From: Owenia fusiformis
Taxonomy: Eukaryota
Assembly: GCA_903813345.2 (NCBI GenBank)
Contig: CAIIXF020000001.1
Coordinates: 34,658,001 to 34,722,000 of the forward strand
Length of the DNA stretch: 64,000 bases
Direction of reading: 5' to 3'
The position numbers were made by a program, and so were the translations under genes. Below the pieces are notes generated by a model. That model worked only from the letters and a program-made list of their open reading frames with translations. It was not told the origin of the DNA and ran no database searches. Position 1 is the stretch's first letter, and the number at the start of each line of letters is the position of its first letter. Positions 23,655-38,060 of the stretch are shown in pieces.

Positions 23655-26600
23655 TACTTACTTTTTACCAAAAACAGACAATGAGACTTCATTATGGATC
23701 ATATAAAAATACGGTGGGCTTCATTATGAGAAAAAGCATTAGAAATTCTATACAAAAAGTGTCTGACAGAATTCCAGAATAACAGAATTCCATAAAATTG
23801 TTCAACTGGCAACTGAAATATAAACATTTTTAGAGAAAACATAGCAGCGCGGACATAGTTAATCTTGTATCACACCGGGATACTCTGACAATGGCGACTT
23901 CAGAAGCTGTCAACAATTCTAAGGAATGTAACAATCAATTGCACTCTTCTTATGCAGTTCACTTTGTTAATGCCTTATTTATCCACTAATTTCAGGCAAT
24001 TGTTTTAACTTTTGTAATGATCTCATATATGATGCACATGTTGACTTTCTGTTGTTCTGAATCAATACAATATGTCTTCCTCCATACCAGCAATGGCAAT
24101 AGGTTTAGAGAATGCCTGACATTGACAAAGTAAAATTTGAAATTGGACACCAGCTTATGATGATAAGTGTTAATTGAAAAATACTAGAACTAACAGATTT
24201 ATCTTTATTTTCGCAAAATTTGAACACCTCTGGGAACATAATGATTTAAATCGATGTGGTGATTCATACAGGTAGAATAAAAATACCATTCCACCATCCC
24301 ACATAGCCATTGTCTCTCATATTACATTGTTACAAACTTCATAATCATAATATAGAGTATATAGACACTATATTGCTTAACGATTTCATTTTTAAAGCAT
24401 TGGAATTAATTTCCTTTATGACTTAAAACACAATAGAGGATATCCTATGATTTTTGAGGGAGACAATTTTTATTCATGTGTGGATACCAACCATCTCCAC
24501 AAATGTACACAGTGAGAGAGAGATGAGCGATATAGACCGAGAATGTCATGGGATATCACATTTATTATTACTTGTGAATTCTAAAATAGCCCACAATAAC
24601 ATCAAGCAAAACTTAAAACCATTCAAAAACTCAAATATTTATTCAAACAAGATCATGCTCTATATAATAGAGTCTCTGGTCCAACTAGATAGCAGCTGCA
24701 TAATCGTTATTTTATTCTTGAAAGATGGATGACTGAGTGTTTGTTATGAATCTGCACCCGGGAATATGCATTGAATTTTCATGTCACATCCAGAGCTCTG
24801 TCAGGCCTGTAGCTACCTTTGGCCAAGGAGAGTTCACTTTTCAAGAAATTCTGGGGGGTTCACTTTTGACAATTTTAGCCCAAAATCACTTGAAAAGTGC
24901 TCAGAATGGGGAAAAACTGCATGATTTTGAAAGAATTTTTGGCCAGGGGGTTTGCTTGTACCAACTGAACCCCCCTTCATCGACAAATTTTTATGTGAGG
25001 TGGAATGACTGCAACTTGGTTCTTTTGAACAATGCTTTTCTTCATTTTATGTTTAAATCAGAATAAGTAATGACAAAATGAATCACCATAAGTAACTGTA
25101 AGGTTGTCTGAACTTTATTCTAACAGTAAATCAGTTGTGTTATTTGTCAAACCATTTTTGGCGCTGAATGCAAAACTTAAGAAAAAATAGTATCCATTAG
25201 ATATGATTGGATATCATGTCTTATTCCATGATGGTGAAACGTGACTTAAATATATCCTGTATTTACACGCACATTCAACTAAGCGTTGGATACAGAGTAA
25301 AAAAGTCGTCAGCGTTGGGATACGGTCTAGCAGACGAAAGTCGAAAAAATGTTTCGCTACACTGCACTTCCAGCTGATGAAATTGAAGAAAAAAGAAAGA
25401 AAATAAAATGTCTTGTATAATACAATAAAAAGCAAACAACAAGGCCATAAAGATTTTGAAGGAATATCGATGTAAAATATCTCTGAGGTGAGAAGGTTGA
25501 TCTGTTTCTCCGGCCCCAAGCCTAGGGACTTGATTTAGGCAAGTTTTATATGGGTAATCATGGAATAAAAGCGTTATTCAATGATTTCTCGTGAAATACA
25601 GAAAGTATTCTTCCCTTGAACGTCTGTATTTCACGATGCGCTAGCATCTCGGGAAGAATATTTTTTGTATTTCACTCGAATCATTGAATAACTTACATTA
25701 TCCGATGGATACTAAATATATATGGGGATACCAACACAAGATAATTTTCGTATACGCCACTAAAATCGTATCCAATCCATATGACGTGATATCCAATCTT
25801 ATCCAACAGATACTATTTTGAAAAAAAAAGTTTTGAAAAAATTGAAAATTAATTCGGAAAAAAATTTGAAAATAAAATTATAGAAATAAAAAAAAATGAA
25901 AAGAAATTTGGAAAAAAATTGAAAAAATATTTGGAAAAATTTGAAAAGTTCCAAGGTTATATGCTCAGTAAAAATGAGTTACATTTTTTCATGCAATCAT
26001 TTTATAAAAATAAGGTCACAGAAAATAAAATGAAAAAATAGAATAGAATTAGAAAACAACAACTTTAGGTCAAATTATTTGAAGTCCATACAAAAATAGC
26101 GACCATCGGATAAATATGATATCCTATGATTTTCTTGGCTATCATTTTTATCCACTCTTGGATATCCCTTGGATATTGCAGATCTCCACTCATTCGCTGC
26201 GCTCACTCGTGGAGATGGGCGATGTCCAATCATGGATAAAAATGGTATCCCTCAAAAATCATAGGATATCCTCTATTTATCCTATGCATCCTAAGCAGGT
26301 GTCCAGAATCCGTACCTCCTTCTTCCCCCCTGCTATAACCAATTTGGACGCGCCCGATTTAACTGAATCACATGATCCAATAATGCGCAATGACTTATAC
26401 ATGATTTCTGTCGCAGTGTTGCGACAGCCAATCAGATTGCGAGTTCTTAATCGGGAAAATGGTAACTGCTTATTGCAGGGGGTAAAAAGAAAGAATATGT
26501 TCTGGATTTTGAACCCCTGTGATCGGAGGATGATCCTATGCCAAGTAGAGTTTTAGGGAGATAAGTTAGTAAGATATATCCTGTCTCCTGATTTTGAGGT

Positions 26601-27726
26601 TTCCATATCCAGAACTCCCATATCTCCCGCCATATCTCCCGCTCCAGGGCATACCCGCTTTAAAAATTTTGTTTAAAAAAATTTCTGAAAAAAAATTAGA
26701 AAGAACAATTTGAAAAAATGTTGAAAAAAATGTGAAAAAATTAGAAAACTCCACTGGGTATAGGATAAAGCAATTATGTACAATCGGTTTCGATATGGGC
26801 TTTATCCCACGTGAGATATGCATCTACCTTCAGTCCCTATGGTCCATAAGGTAGTTATGCATATATCCCTATCCACACATTAAACATCCATAGGATTTTG
26901 AAATTTGAACTTTCAGTGATCTTTATTACCCCACAACTTCTAATATAAGTATGCATCAGTTATAAGTGTGCTAAAAGTAAGCTTGGAAATCACTCATTTG
27001 GCCTTTATAATTAATGAACAATTATACCTACCCTCTCTAGGCCTGGATAGTACCCCCTGTATGGTACCTAGGGTCAGTACAAAAGCAAAGGTAGACTTCA
27101 GGAACATCCTCCTTTATATCATAGTCCTCCTACAGCTACTTATGAGTCTCTTATTGAACTAACTAATATATGTGGGAATATATCATCTTTATAAACTTGC
27201 ACAACTACTGCTAGATTCCAGTTAAAGGATAAGGTGCAGTTTAACTTTTTAACCTCCAGTTTTTTTTACTTCCAAATGCCATGAGCTACTAATACTTAAA
27301 GCATACAGTATATAAGAAGTTAAAATTATGTAAAGAATTAAGCGCAAATATTTGTGATGATCTCTATGTTAATATAGTTTTCACAATTGACAAAGAGATT
27401 TTTATTATCGATATATAGAATTTCATTTTAAATATAGAATGAGAATTCTTTGTGAGAGCCTTCCAATAAACTGTTTTGTTAAAGACACTTGGCTGACATG
27501 CCAAGTTTCGAAAATACCTCCATTCTTTTTGTTCAAATTATTGAGAATAATGAAAGTCAACAATTGTAAGTTATCCAGGGTTTAGGAATAGATCTTAAAA
27601 ATGTATTTGAAGAAAATGTGTAAAATATTTCACAAATTCTTCCTCGCGAAACCAGGTCCATAGCCAGGGGGGGGGTTCGATAGGTTTTTCACCATTCTGA
27701 GCACATTTTAAGTGATCTTGGCCATT

Positions 27727-28872
27727 TTTATCCCATCGAACAAAGTTCGGAGGGATATAGGGAACGCCTCCGTCCATCTGTCCGTCCGTACGTACATCGT
27801 ACATCTGTCCGGGCATTAACTCAAATACCATTGGCCTGATTTTGTTCACATTTTGTACACATATACACTATGGAGATAGAAGTTCTGCTCGAAAGCCGAT
27901 TTTCAAAATGGCCACTCATTTAAAAATGGTGGCCATTTTAGTGACGATTTTACAGTAATTTAGATGCAATATGTAAAACTGTAATAGCAATATGTTTTAA
28001 ATGTAAAAGAATTATATAGGACATTAATAAAGCTAGAAATGTAGATATTAAAGAAGCACATGGCAGCCATCTTGAAAAAATGGCGGCCTTTACTCGTTAT
28101 TTTACGATTTTTGCTGTAACTTGAAAAGTAATGGAGCGATTTTGTTCATATTTGGTATGTGAGTACTATAAACATGACACACTGTCTAATGAGACTTTTG
28201 GTAGAAGGCAGCCATTTTGAAAAATGGTGGCCATTTTGAAAAATGGCCGCCATTTTAACATATTTTACTATAGCACGAAAAGTAGTGGAGTGATTTTGTT
28301 CATATTTGGTATGTGAATACTATAAGCATGGCACACTGTCTCATGACACTTTTGGTAGAAGGTGGCCATTTTGAAAAATGGCTGCGATTTTAACGTATTT
28401 TACTATAACTCGAAAAGTAGTGGAGCGATTTTGCTCATATTTGGTATGTGAATACTATAAGCATGGCACACTGTTTAATGACACTTTTGGTAGAAGGCAG
28501 CCATTTTGAAAAATGGCTGCCATTTTAACGTATTTTACTATAACTCGAAAAGTAGTTGAGCGATTTTGTTCATATTTGGTATGTGAATACTATAAGCATG
28601 GCACATCTGTCTAATGACATATTTGGTAGAAGGTGGCCATTTTAAAAAATGACCACCATTTTAACATATTTTACTATAACTCTAAAAGTAGGAGAGTGAT
28701 TTTGTTCATATTTGGTATGCGAATACTATAAGCATGGCACACTGTCTAATGACACTTTTGGTAGAAGGTGCCCATTTTGAAAAATGGCTGCCATTTTTGC
28801 TATATACTTTGTTTGTAAAAATGCCAGCCATGGCTGTTCGATGGGATTTGCTACGCTTTGGCGTTGCTGTTG
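27727..28872 (+). mobile_element. Helentron-derived element with ~135-bp satellite array
   Basis: subTIR ATCCCATCGAAC/GTTCGATGGGAT, (GTCC)n, 135-bp monomers, 3' hairpin. Inserted in the hAT-like MITE. Confidence 0.85.
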
Positions 28873-30944
28873 TCTAGTTCAAAAAGTGAACCCCCCTTAG
28901 CAAATCCTGGCTACAGGCCTGGAAACCCTATATAGAAGAACATGCCTTGTCCTTTTTCAGAGGTTTAATTGATAACAAAAGTTGTGGATTGGGTTCCATT
29001 TTTTCAAAAGTGTAACTGCATGACATAAGCAGGCGTGTTATGTTCATTTTTCCCCCAAGAAGGTGATATGATCCGTCATTGTTTTTCGAGTTTGAAGTCC
29101 GATGTCATGTGACAGATGTCAATGGGTCTAGTCGATGGAAGAATCTCTATTACTATAAAGCACTTGTTTGGTTTGTAAAGACATTTTAAAAAAAATTATA
29201 AACCAACATTGAATTATAAAATGTGATCAGCTACTGTATTTTAGACAGTTGGCCTGTCTCTCCAAACAAATATGTTGCGCATTAGCATTACTATCACCAC
29301 CTCAGCGATGTTAACAGTTTGTTGTTTTAAATATTCTCATTTTTTGTTCCTGTATTTTTAGTCATTATTAGTAAGTGTCAAGTCAAACACTGTAGAAGGG
29401 AATCATCAATGTTTAAAAGAACTAATATGATAATGTTTTCATTGAATAACCATGGATATAGGATGTAATTATGGGAATGTAATTCTTTCACTTGGCATGA
29501 CCAAGACATATCTATTCTAAGTGCATACACCGGGGTGCCTGAACTAATTGACACACCCTGAGCTCCTGTAGCATGAATCACTACTGCTAAATAGCTAATA
29601 TATAACATTTTATTCATTAGTTTGAGAACAGGTCACTATTTGGCACAACAATTAGTTAGAGCACATAGATTCCAGTTTGAAATTTTGTTCTAGCCAACGT
29701 TTTTCTGTGAGTGGCATTCGGGGGGGGGGGTGTCTAACAAATTGTATGGTTGTTCATTTTACAGCAACTTATTTTAATTCTTTTAGAGCTACAACTCTGA
29801 AATATTGTTTCGTTTGCTCTCTTAAAGTGGTTGCATTATATTCAAGGAATGACCCTATAATGTTTGACGTAAGTTTGCCATAAAAGTGTTCCACTTAGGA
29901 GGTGTTCCACTTATAGAGGTTCATTTAACATTAAGTCATTTGGTCTTGGCACTCTTGAAAGTGTACCACTTGGTGTTCCACTTGACAGGTTTCACTTAAA
30001 TTCAGTGCAGCTAGATAGTTGTCTATGACACTTATGAAACAGTGATACATAACACCATTATGACCTTTCTGAAATTTAAAAAACAGTAACAAATGTAATT
30101 GATACACTTTTAAACCATCCTCTAAATTTTGAGAAACGTCAATGATTGCTTATTTAAAATCAAGACTGTGGACCCCCCTTATCTACTGCAACAACATGCG
30201 TGGAGGTGTTTTTAATAGGGGGAGGGATGTCACAGGGGATTGTAGCTATACTATATTAAAAAAATCAGACCCTACTTGTGTGGTAGGTAGGTGGAATTCC
30301 ACCTAGGTGGGGGCGGCAAATTAGACAAACCCACCCTGGGATAGTTAGTTTGTTGTCTAATTTCTTGGTTTGATGCAAGTGCTGTTGTTGCTGTTGAAGC
30401 TGTATGATGCCGCAATTAAGGCGGAGTTATGGAGTGCTGGCATGTTTGCTAGACTGGCAGGGATTAACTATTTGTTTATCATGATGGAACAACAATCTAT
30501 CTTTTGTGATAATGTTGTTATGTAATGGATGAATGGGTGTTCTTTGACAATGTTATTGGGAGGAGGCCAAAACAGCTTTGTATCATAGCTGAAATCGCAG
30601 GAACAAAACCTTTTTACTTAATATAATAGTTCCAAGGATTTTTTCCATTCATATACCTATTTGTCATCTTCAATTGCTAACTCATGAATTTTTTATTGTT
30701 ACAGGGGGCACCATACACCTTTCAGTGGTGTCTCGCTCCCTTCATCAATTTTGTATTGTTGTATGTATATATATTTAATAAATTGAAAATTGAAATTGAA
30801 ATTGAAAAAAATGTTCTTAAATTGGTCACTTATCAGGTTGTCAAGGTTTTTTTCAATGGAACCAGTTGTAAGTTTCAGTGTTTATTTTTCTATGATGTAA
30901 ATTTAGATATATTGCAATAGGAAAGATAAATGGGATGGAACCAT

Positions 30945-31120
30945 ATCATCTTGCCTCAACATTTTGCCTCACCGTCTTGCCACACCATTTTGCTTTACCA
31001 TCTTGCCACACTATTTTGCCTCACCATTTTGCCACACCATTTTGCTTTACCATCTTGCCACATCATTTTGCTGCACCATCTTGCCTCACCATCCTGCCAC
31101 ACCATTTTGCCTCACCTCAC
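30945..31120. repeat. Minisatellite, ~13-bp unit TTGCC(T/A)CACCAT
   Basis: About 13 degenerate tandem copies. Confidence 0.85.
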
Positions 31121-32490
31121 CTAGGTTTCCTTATACAAAATATTCACACAATTTTCCTGACCTGCGAGGAAACTTAATTGTTTTAGTTTAATTTTCTAAA
31201 TAGATACTTGATTTTCAAGTGGAAGTTCCTAGTTGGGGCACCAGGTGTTAACATAAAACAAAAACAAAAACTTGTTTTTTGAACGAAGCTCTTACTTTTT
31301 CTGTTGATCCATTTTTTACTTGTAGATGTAGATGCTAACAAATTGGCCTAATTTACACATCTCTGGGAAGTTTTTATGTCCGCCTTGATATTATCAGGAA
31401 ATATTTGTCTATGATCCTAGGGTGTAACAAAATTGACTTCCTGCAGACATTGATTTATTTATTTTCTCATGTCAGGAGATATGATCAGTGATACAATATG
31501 TTTTTTAACTGCGATATGTTTGTTACTTGTCAGGAAAAGGTCAGTTACATCATCATTGCATCATATTGCAGTCTCTTGCTAACCAAAAAACAGCAAGAAT
31601 GTGTGAGTTTTATATAAAATGTCTAAGATTTGCAAGGTGAACTAATCAGCAAAGCCATGAATATGACCAAATAAAAAATGAGGTTGCCCTGCTTGGAATT
31701 TTTGGAAGCATTTTATAGATGGTGTCTACTGTGAATGCAGGTCATTTCTGATCTAATAAACTGGGTGCAAACTGAGTGCAAAATTTAATGAAAAATTAAT
31801 GTTCTTTATTATGTCAGAAAAATTAAAAATCGTGGGATATTGAATCCATTGGAAAATAACTGTTGAATTCAAAGTTCTTCTCGAGAAAAATAGTGCACAG
31901 AAGTCAAAGGACAAGTCTCGGTTTGGAGAGCAGACTACTGGGCTAATAATTTTTTTTTATGAAAAATAACACCCAAAATAAATTTTGAATATTCAAAAGA
32001 AGACATTTAAATCTACAATATGTAAAAATATTAAAATTGTCCAAAGCAGGCATAACGTGCTGTAGACTGATTCAATAAAAGACAAGTCTCGGTTTGGAGA
32101 ACAAAGTTCATCAGGCTATTGCGCTAATAATTTTTTTATGAAAAATATCGAAGTAACACCCAAATAAAATTATCGATATTCATAAAGACCGATTTAATAA
32201 AAAACAAGTCTCAGTTTGGAGAACGAAGTTGATCAATTTGGGAGTAAAAAATGTGGTCATTCAAAATCAAAATGACTTCAATTCAATTCAATTTGTTTAT
32301 TTCATAAAAACACATACAATAAAGTATCAATGAGTGGGTGACACAAGGGTTTGTGTATATTCCCAAGATGGAGTAAATTAAATACAAAGTGTGTTGAAAT
32401 GGCGGGGATCTGCAATTACATGCCCTCAATAAAAAATACAAATTGTGCCATCAAATTGCCCCTTAAAAGAATTAAAGTTGTAGCAAATAT

Positions 32491-34515
32491 TTTTTGTCCC
32501 CACCACATAGTGTAGGGCCATATTGTCGGCCTAGGCGCGTCCGTCTGTCTGTCCGTCCGTCCGTCCGTCCTTCCGTCCGCTACAGATATCACCTTCAAAT
32601 TTTCAGGGATAACTTATGAGTGCATACAGATGTGGATGAAAAAAATTTAACTCGATACCTACTTCCTGTCGGCCATTTTGAAGTCAAATGCTAAAATCCT
32701 TGTCTGCAAACTTTAAGAAAAACAGCTTCAAAGTTGCTTTTAAAACTTTAATATCTTGTTCAGCTCACTTCATTCTACATCTGATTAGGTTTTGGACCTG
32801 TTAGCTCAGTCATGTCAGCCATTTTGAATGTCTTAAGAAAAGTTAGCGCTTGATAATACTTTGTATCATATTGAATGGTGTTTTTGAGTTTTCATACTTT
32901 AACTATTTAGTAGCTTTATAAATAATTTCATGTGTACTTTGTTGTAAAAGCCTATGTTATTGTTAACAGTAGTTATATGTGATAATTTTGTAAAAGGAAA
33001 TCAGCAAAAACTCATAATCACTTTTTTATTGTCGGCCATTTTGGATTTTTCCGTCCTAAAATCTTGTCTGTAAAGTCTTGTCTACGCGTTTTTCAGGTGA
33101 ACCATTTGGTAGATCAATTTTAAATTTTTAAGGATGATTCTTAGTATGAAAATCTTGATCTGATTAGTAGTTTTTTGGCATTCTGGGTAAATGTCAAGGT
33201 AGCCATTTTGGATTTTCTGTCCTAAAATCTGTCTGTAAAGTCTTGTCTACGCATTTCCAGGTGAACCGTTCGGTAGATCAATTTCAAATTTTCAGTGATC
33301 ATTCTTAGTATGGAACTCTAGATCTGATTAGTTTTTTGGCATTCTGGATAAATTTCAAGGCAGCCATTTTGGATTTTCAGTCTTAAAATCTAGCCTATAA
33401 AGTCTTGTCTACGCGTTTTTAGGCGAACCGTTTTGGTAGATCAATTTCGAATTTTCAGGGATGATTCTTAGTATGAAAATCCAAATTTGATTAGTTTTTT
33501 GGCATTCTGGGTAAATGTCAAGGTAGCCATTTTGGATTTTCCGTCCTAAAATCTTGTCTGTAACGTCTTGACTACGCGTTTTCAGTTGAACCATTTGGTA
33601 TATCAATTTCCAATTTTCAGGGATGATTCTTAGTATCAAAATCTAGAACTGATTAGTTTTTTGACATTCTGGGTAAATGTCAAGGCAGCCATTTTGGATT
33701 TTCCATCCTAAAATCTTGTCTGTAAAGTCTTGTTTACATGTTTTCTGGTTAACTGTTTGACGGATCAATTTCAAATTTTCAGGGGTGGTTCTTATTATGA
33801 AAATCTAAATTTGATGAGTTTTTTGGCATTCTGGATAAATGTCAAGGCAGCCATTTTGGATTTTCCGTCCTAAAATCTTGTCTGTAACGTCTTGACTACG
33901 CATTTTCAGGTGAACCATTTAGTATATCAATTTCCAATTTTCAGGGATGATTCTACGCGTTTTTAGGTGAAACGTTTTGGTAGATCAATTTCCAATTTTC
34001 AGGGATGATTCTTAGTATGAAAATCTAAATTTGATTAGTTTTTTGGCATTCTGGATAAATGTCAAGGCAGCCATTTTGGATTTTCCGTCCTAAAATCTTG
34101 TCTGTAACGTCTTGACTATGCGTTTTCAGGTGAACCATTTGGTATATCAATTTCTAATTTTCAGGGATGATTCTTAGTATGAAAATCTAGAACTGATTAG
34201 TTTTTTGACATTCTGGGTAAATGTCAAGGCAGCCATTTTGGATTTTCCATCCTAAAATCTTGTCTGTAAAGTCTTGTTTACATGTTTTCTGGTTAACTGT
34301 TTGACGGATCAATTTCAAATTTTCAGGGGTGGTTCTTAATATGAAAATCTAGAACTGACTAATTTTATGGCATTCTGGGTAAATTTTAAGGTGGCCATTT
34401 TGGATTTCCCGTCCTCAAATTGTGTTGGTAAAGTCTTGTCTACTCATTTTTAGGATAACCATTTGACGGGATCATCCATTGGTGGGGACATTTTGTACAC
34501 ATTTGTGTTCTTGTT
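32491..34515 (+). mobile_element. Helentron-derived element with ~160-bp tandem array
   Basis: TGTCCCCCACCA/TGGTGGGGACA subTIRs, (GTCC)n, and repeated GCCATTTTGGATTTTCCGTCCTAAAATC monomers. Confidence 0.8.
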
Positions 34516-34527
34516 TTATCTGTATTT

Positions 34528-37500
34528 TCATGAGAATGATACAAATATCAGGTATAGAATATGATAATATAGATTTTCCTTGTTTCTTGTATTATAATTG
34601 TGTCTGTTTTCAACTGTTTGGAAGAAGTTTAGAAATATTTGCTTGTAATTATCCTTGTCCTTGTTGTTGATCCATTTGAACATGAATAAATATCTTTGTT
34701 GCTTATTTATCTCAAATATGCTCAAGATTCTTAAATTTTGAAAAAGAGGTAAAGAGTGAGCCCTGAAGTCGCTATTTGTTGCAATCCTTACAAATTTTTT
34801 CTGAGAGAGATGAAGAGTATTAAGCAATGTGCAGCCTGCTCCACCCCAAATTATATTTCCATAAATAAGATATGAATAGATCAGTGAATAATATATAAGC
34901 TTGTAGCGTTTAATAGATGTTTCACTTTGTATAAAATACCAATAGTTATTGAAATTTTCCACAGAGGAACTCTGCTCCAGAAGGGATTTTCAAGATGGCT
35001 GCTAAATTTCAAAATGGCCACCATTAACTCAAATACCCGTTGACGGATTTGGTTCAAATTCTATATGCTGATGCCTAGAGACAAAGAAGTTCTGCTCAAG
35101 AAGATATTTTCAAGATGGCCACTGAATTTCAAAATGGCCACCATTTTTCGTAAAAAAACGTACTCATTGATAACTCAAATACCAGTGGATGGATTTAGTT
35201 CCAATTTTATATGCTGATGTTTAGGGAAAAAGTAGATCTGCGTCAGCTGAATTTCAAAATGACTGCCATTTTTCATAAAAAAAGGTAATCTTTGATAACT
35301 CAAATACCATTGGAGGGATTTACTTCAAATTTCATGCTATGGTGCCTAGAGATAAAAAAGCTCTGCTTGAGAAGAAATTTTTAAGGTGGCTGCTATTTAT
35401 CAAAATCTCCGCCATTTTTCATTAAACATGTAATCCTTGATAACTCAAGTACCAGTTGACGGATTTTGATTTTGTTCGGTGGGATTTGCTTCTCTGTGGA
35501 GTTGCTGTTTTTTTCTAGTTGTCTCAGGATCTGAAATAGTGTCTATGTAACATATTTTTTGAATTCTGTTAGAAAAGTAGCTTTTTACCAATTCCAGTGC
35601 TGTACCACAAATCCCATAAAATTCAAGTTTTTGAAAAAGAATATTGTGGTCAATAGTATCAACAGCTTTTGAAAAGTCAAGAAATACCCCAATAGAGAGT
35701 TCACCTTTGTCTATAGAATTTCTGATTTTTTCAACAAATGTAAGTACTGCCATAAATATTGATTTTTCTTCCTGAAAGCCAAATTGATAAAGATACATTA
35801 TTTCTATTTTATTCAGAAAAGAAGTCAGTCGACAGTGCATTAATTTCTCAAGTAGTTTAGAAAAGACTGGTAAAATCGATATAGGTCGATAATTAGTAAA
35901 CAGTTGTCTGTCTTCCTTTTTATTAATGAATTGGTATTATCTTTGCAATCTTTAATTTGTCAGGAAAAATACCATTTCTTAGAGATAAATTGAAAATTGC
36001 TGGAATTACACCACAAAATCCGCTAAAACGTTTTAGTGGAAGGCGCTTTACAAAATCGCCATTCTGATTACACAAAAATTTCTAAAGCGTCTTAGGAATT
36101 ATATTTTGGAATTACACCTGTTTTTTCTATAACGCCTTTTGTGCACTTTTAACGGTGTAGTTATGGATAATATCCAACATACATGTATGTGTATACATCT
36201 CCTGTAAATGTATTCTTTTTGCATCTAAGACAAAACTGATCTTCCATAATTTGATTAAAAATGTTTGACATTGCATAATTTTTATTTATCTTTTATCAAT
36301 TATGAGAAAACATAATAAAAAGTAAAAGAAAAATATGTACATATTCTCTGAAGATAACACTTGATTTCGTTGTGACCTGGCGACCATCATCCATTTTTCA
36401 ATTTAGATATAGCCAGATAGCAGTGTGACCGGATGTCTCATCATGTATCAAATGTTTTTATTATTTTTGAAGATCAACTCATCCTTTGGTCGGCATAAGC
36501 ACATCTTGAAAAGATCTTGGCAAAAACTCCATAGACGAGCGGCAAGACAGGCTTATTTCATGAGAGAAGTGCAGGAACGCACAAGCAGAATGAAAATGCT
36601 TTTGGGGCTCTTTCACTTGCTTGGAATGACTGGAAAAGAACGTACGACATGGGAATATGAAAGATCGAGGCACTTTTTGAAATGAGGTCTTATTTTGTTT
36701 AGGGCAAATGTTAAAAACTAGTAAAAACCCGGGTAAGGCGTCTTACAAAAACTGATCAGTATTACACTGCACACTTAAAGCGCCTAAAGACTTATGCCGT
36801 TTACTAGTGACAAGGGTTCTTGGAGAACCGCAATCGTGATTACACCTAATTCTTAAACCTGGTTAAAACCGAAGAAGCTTTTGTAAAACGCCATGTTTAA
36901 TTCCAGCAAATGTGTAATAATGGTACTTGGAATGCCTTACCACAATGCTTAATTATGGAAGGTTTGAAATCATCAAAACCGGCCGCAGAGTTTTTCAATC
37001 TTGATATTTCCATGTCTAATTCTTTGGAGTCGATAGGATTCAAAAATAAAGTCAACGCTTGTCTTCCAATATTACTCATGTAGTCTAAAGGACTTTTGTT
37101 AGAAGTAAAAGGTAAAGGTTGAATTTGTGCTGCTAGGGTCTCACCTACCCTTGAAAAGAAAGAATTGAACTGATTGGCAATGTCAAGTTTATTTGTTATT
37201 TCAGTATTATCTGAAAGGTAATAAGATTATTTTCAGAGTATTTCCTAATTGATTTCTTAAAGGTAGCAAATGTTGAGAAGTGATCTGAGACGTCATTGAA
37301 AATTAATCCATATAAACCATTTTTAGAATCATTTGTAAAAATGTTGTCAATTAAAGTTGCTGTACTTAAAGTAACCCTGGTTGCTTTATAAATAAGTGGT
37401 ATTAAGTTATAAGATGTCATGATGTTGTAAAAGTTTTCAGTTGGTTCATGCTGATTAGTCTTGAATAAGTCAATATTAAAATCGCCTATTATGTAGATTG

Positions 37501-38060
37501 TTTTGTTTTCTCTTGAGATATTATTTAAATATACTTCTAAACCATTGTTAAATTCATCAATATCAACATTCGGAGGCTTATATATGCAAGTTAAGAGAAT
37601 GTTTTTACCATTGTTTACAATTACCTCAATTGTTAGTACATCACAGCCGAATTATTAAATTGAAGATGATATAGAAACCAACACCACCCTTGTTGATCTT
37701 GATTTAAAATAGCCATTAAAATTCTTTAGTTTGGAATATTGTAATTCTTGATCCTCATAGAGCCATGTCTTAGAAAGGCCTACAATTGATACTCCCTTAT
37801 CAAGTGATGACAATAAATTGACTAATTTCCATTGATTTGATGGCAGGCTTCGCATATTACAATGTACCATAGCCATATCAACACTGTTTGTTGCATTCAA
37901 ATTATTATTAAGTTCAGTTAAAGTGACATATTCGCTCTTTGCCATAATTTCATTGGTTATCACATCAAATCCAGGAGCATCAATCATTTCCTCTCGCATT
38001 TCAAGTGGGTTAAAAAGTTTGTTATCAAAATGTATAAGTAAATTGCCATTTGGAGTTGTT
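34528..38060 (-). mobile_element. Degenerate LINE (APE + RT; CR1/L2-group), fragmented by deletions and insertions
   Basis: HCNMRSL and IVGLSKTWL (APE), TLIDNIF, VSDH, LDFSKAVDTIDH, YYSLIYSYLIYGNIIWG. Confidence 0.85.
35998..36908 (+). mobile_element. Non-autonomous DNA transposon with 3-bp TSD (PIF/Harbinger-like) inside the LINE
   Basis: TGCTGGAATTA/TAATTCCAGCA ends with AAT duplicated. Removing it restores the LINE frame LLHIFNLSLRNGIFPD. An internal ORF has RTTWEYERSRHF, reminiscent of a Harbinger transposase N-terminus. Confidence 0.7.

Noticed and set aside
23660..23812. Upstream coding exon of the nested orphan gene
   Set aside because: It has plausible splice signals on the minus strand but stops in all three frames. 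It could only be UTR and is unsupported.
30930..31191. His/Pro-rich ORFs in three frames
   Set aside because: These are translations of a 13-bp minisatellite.
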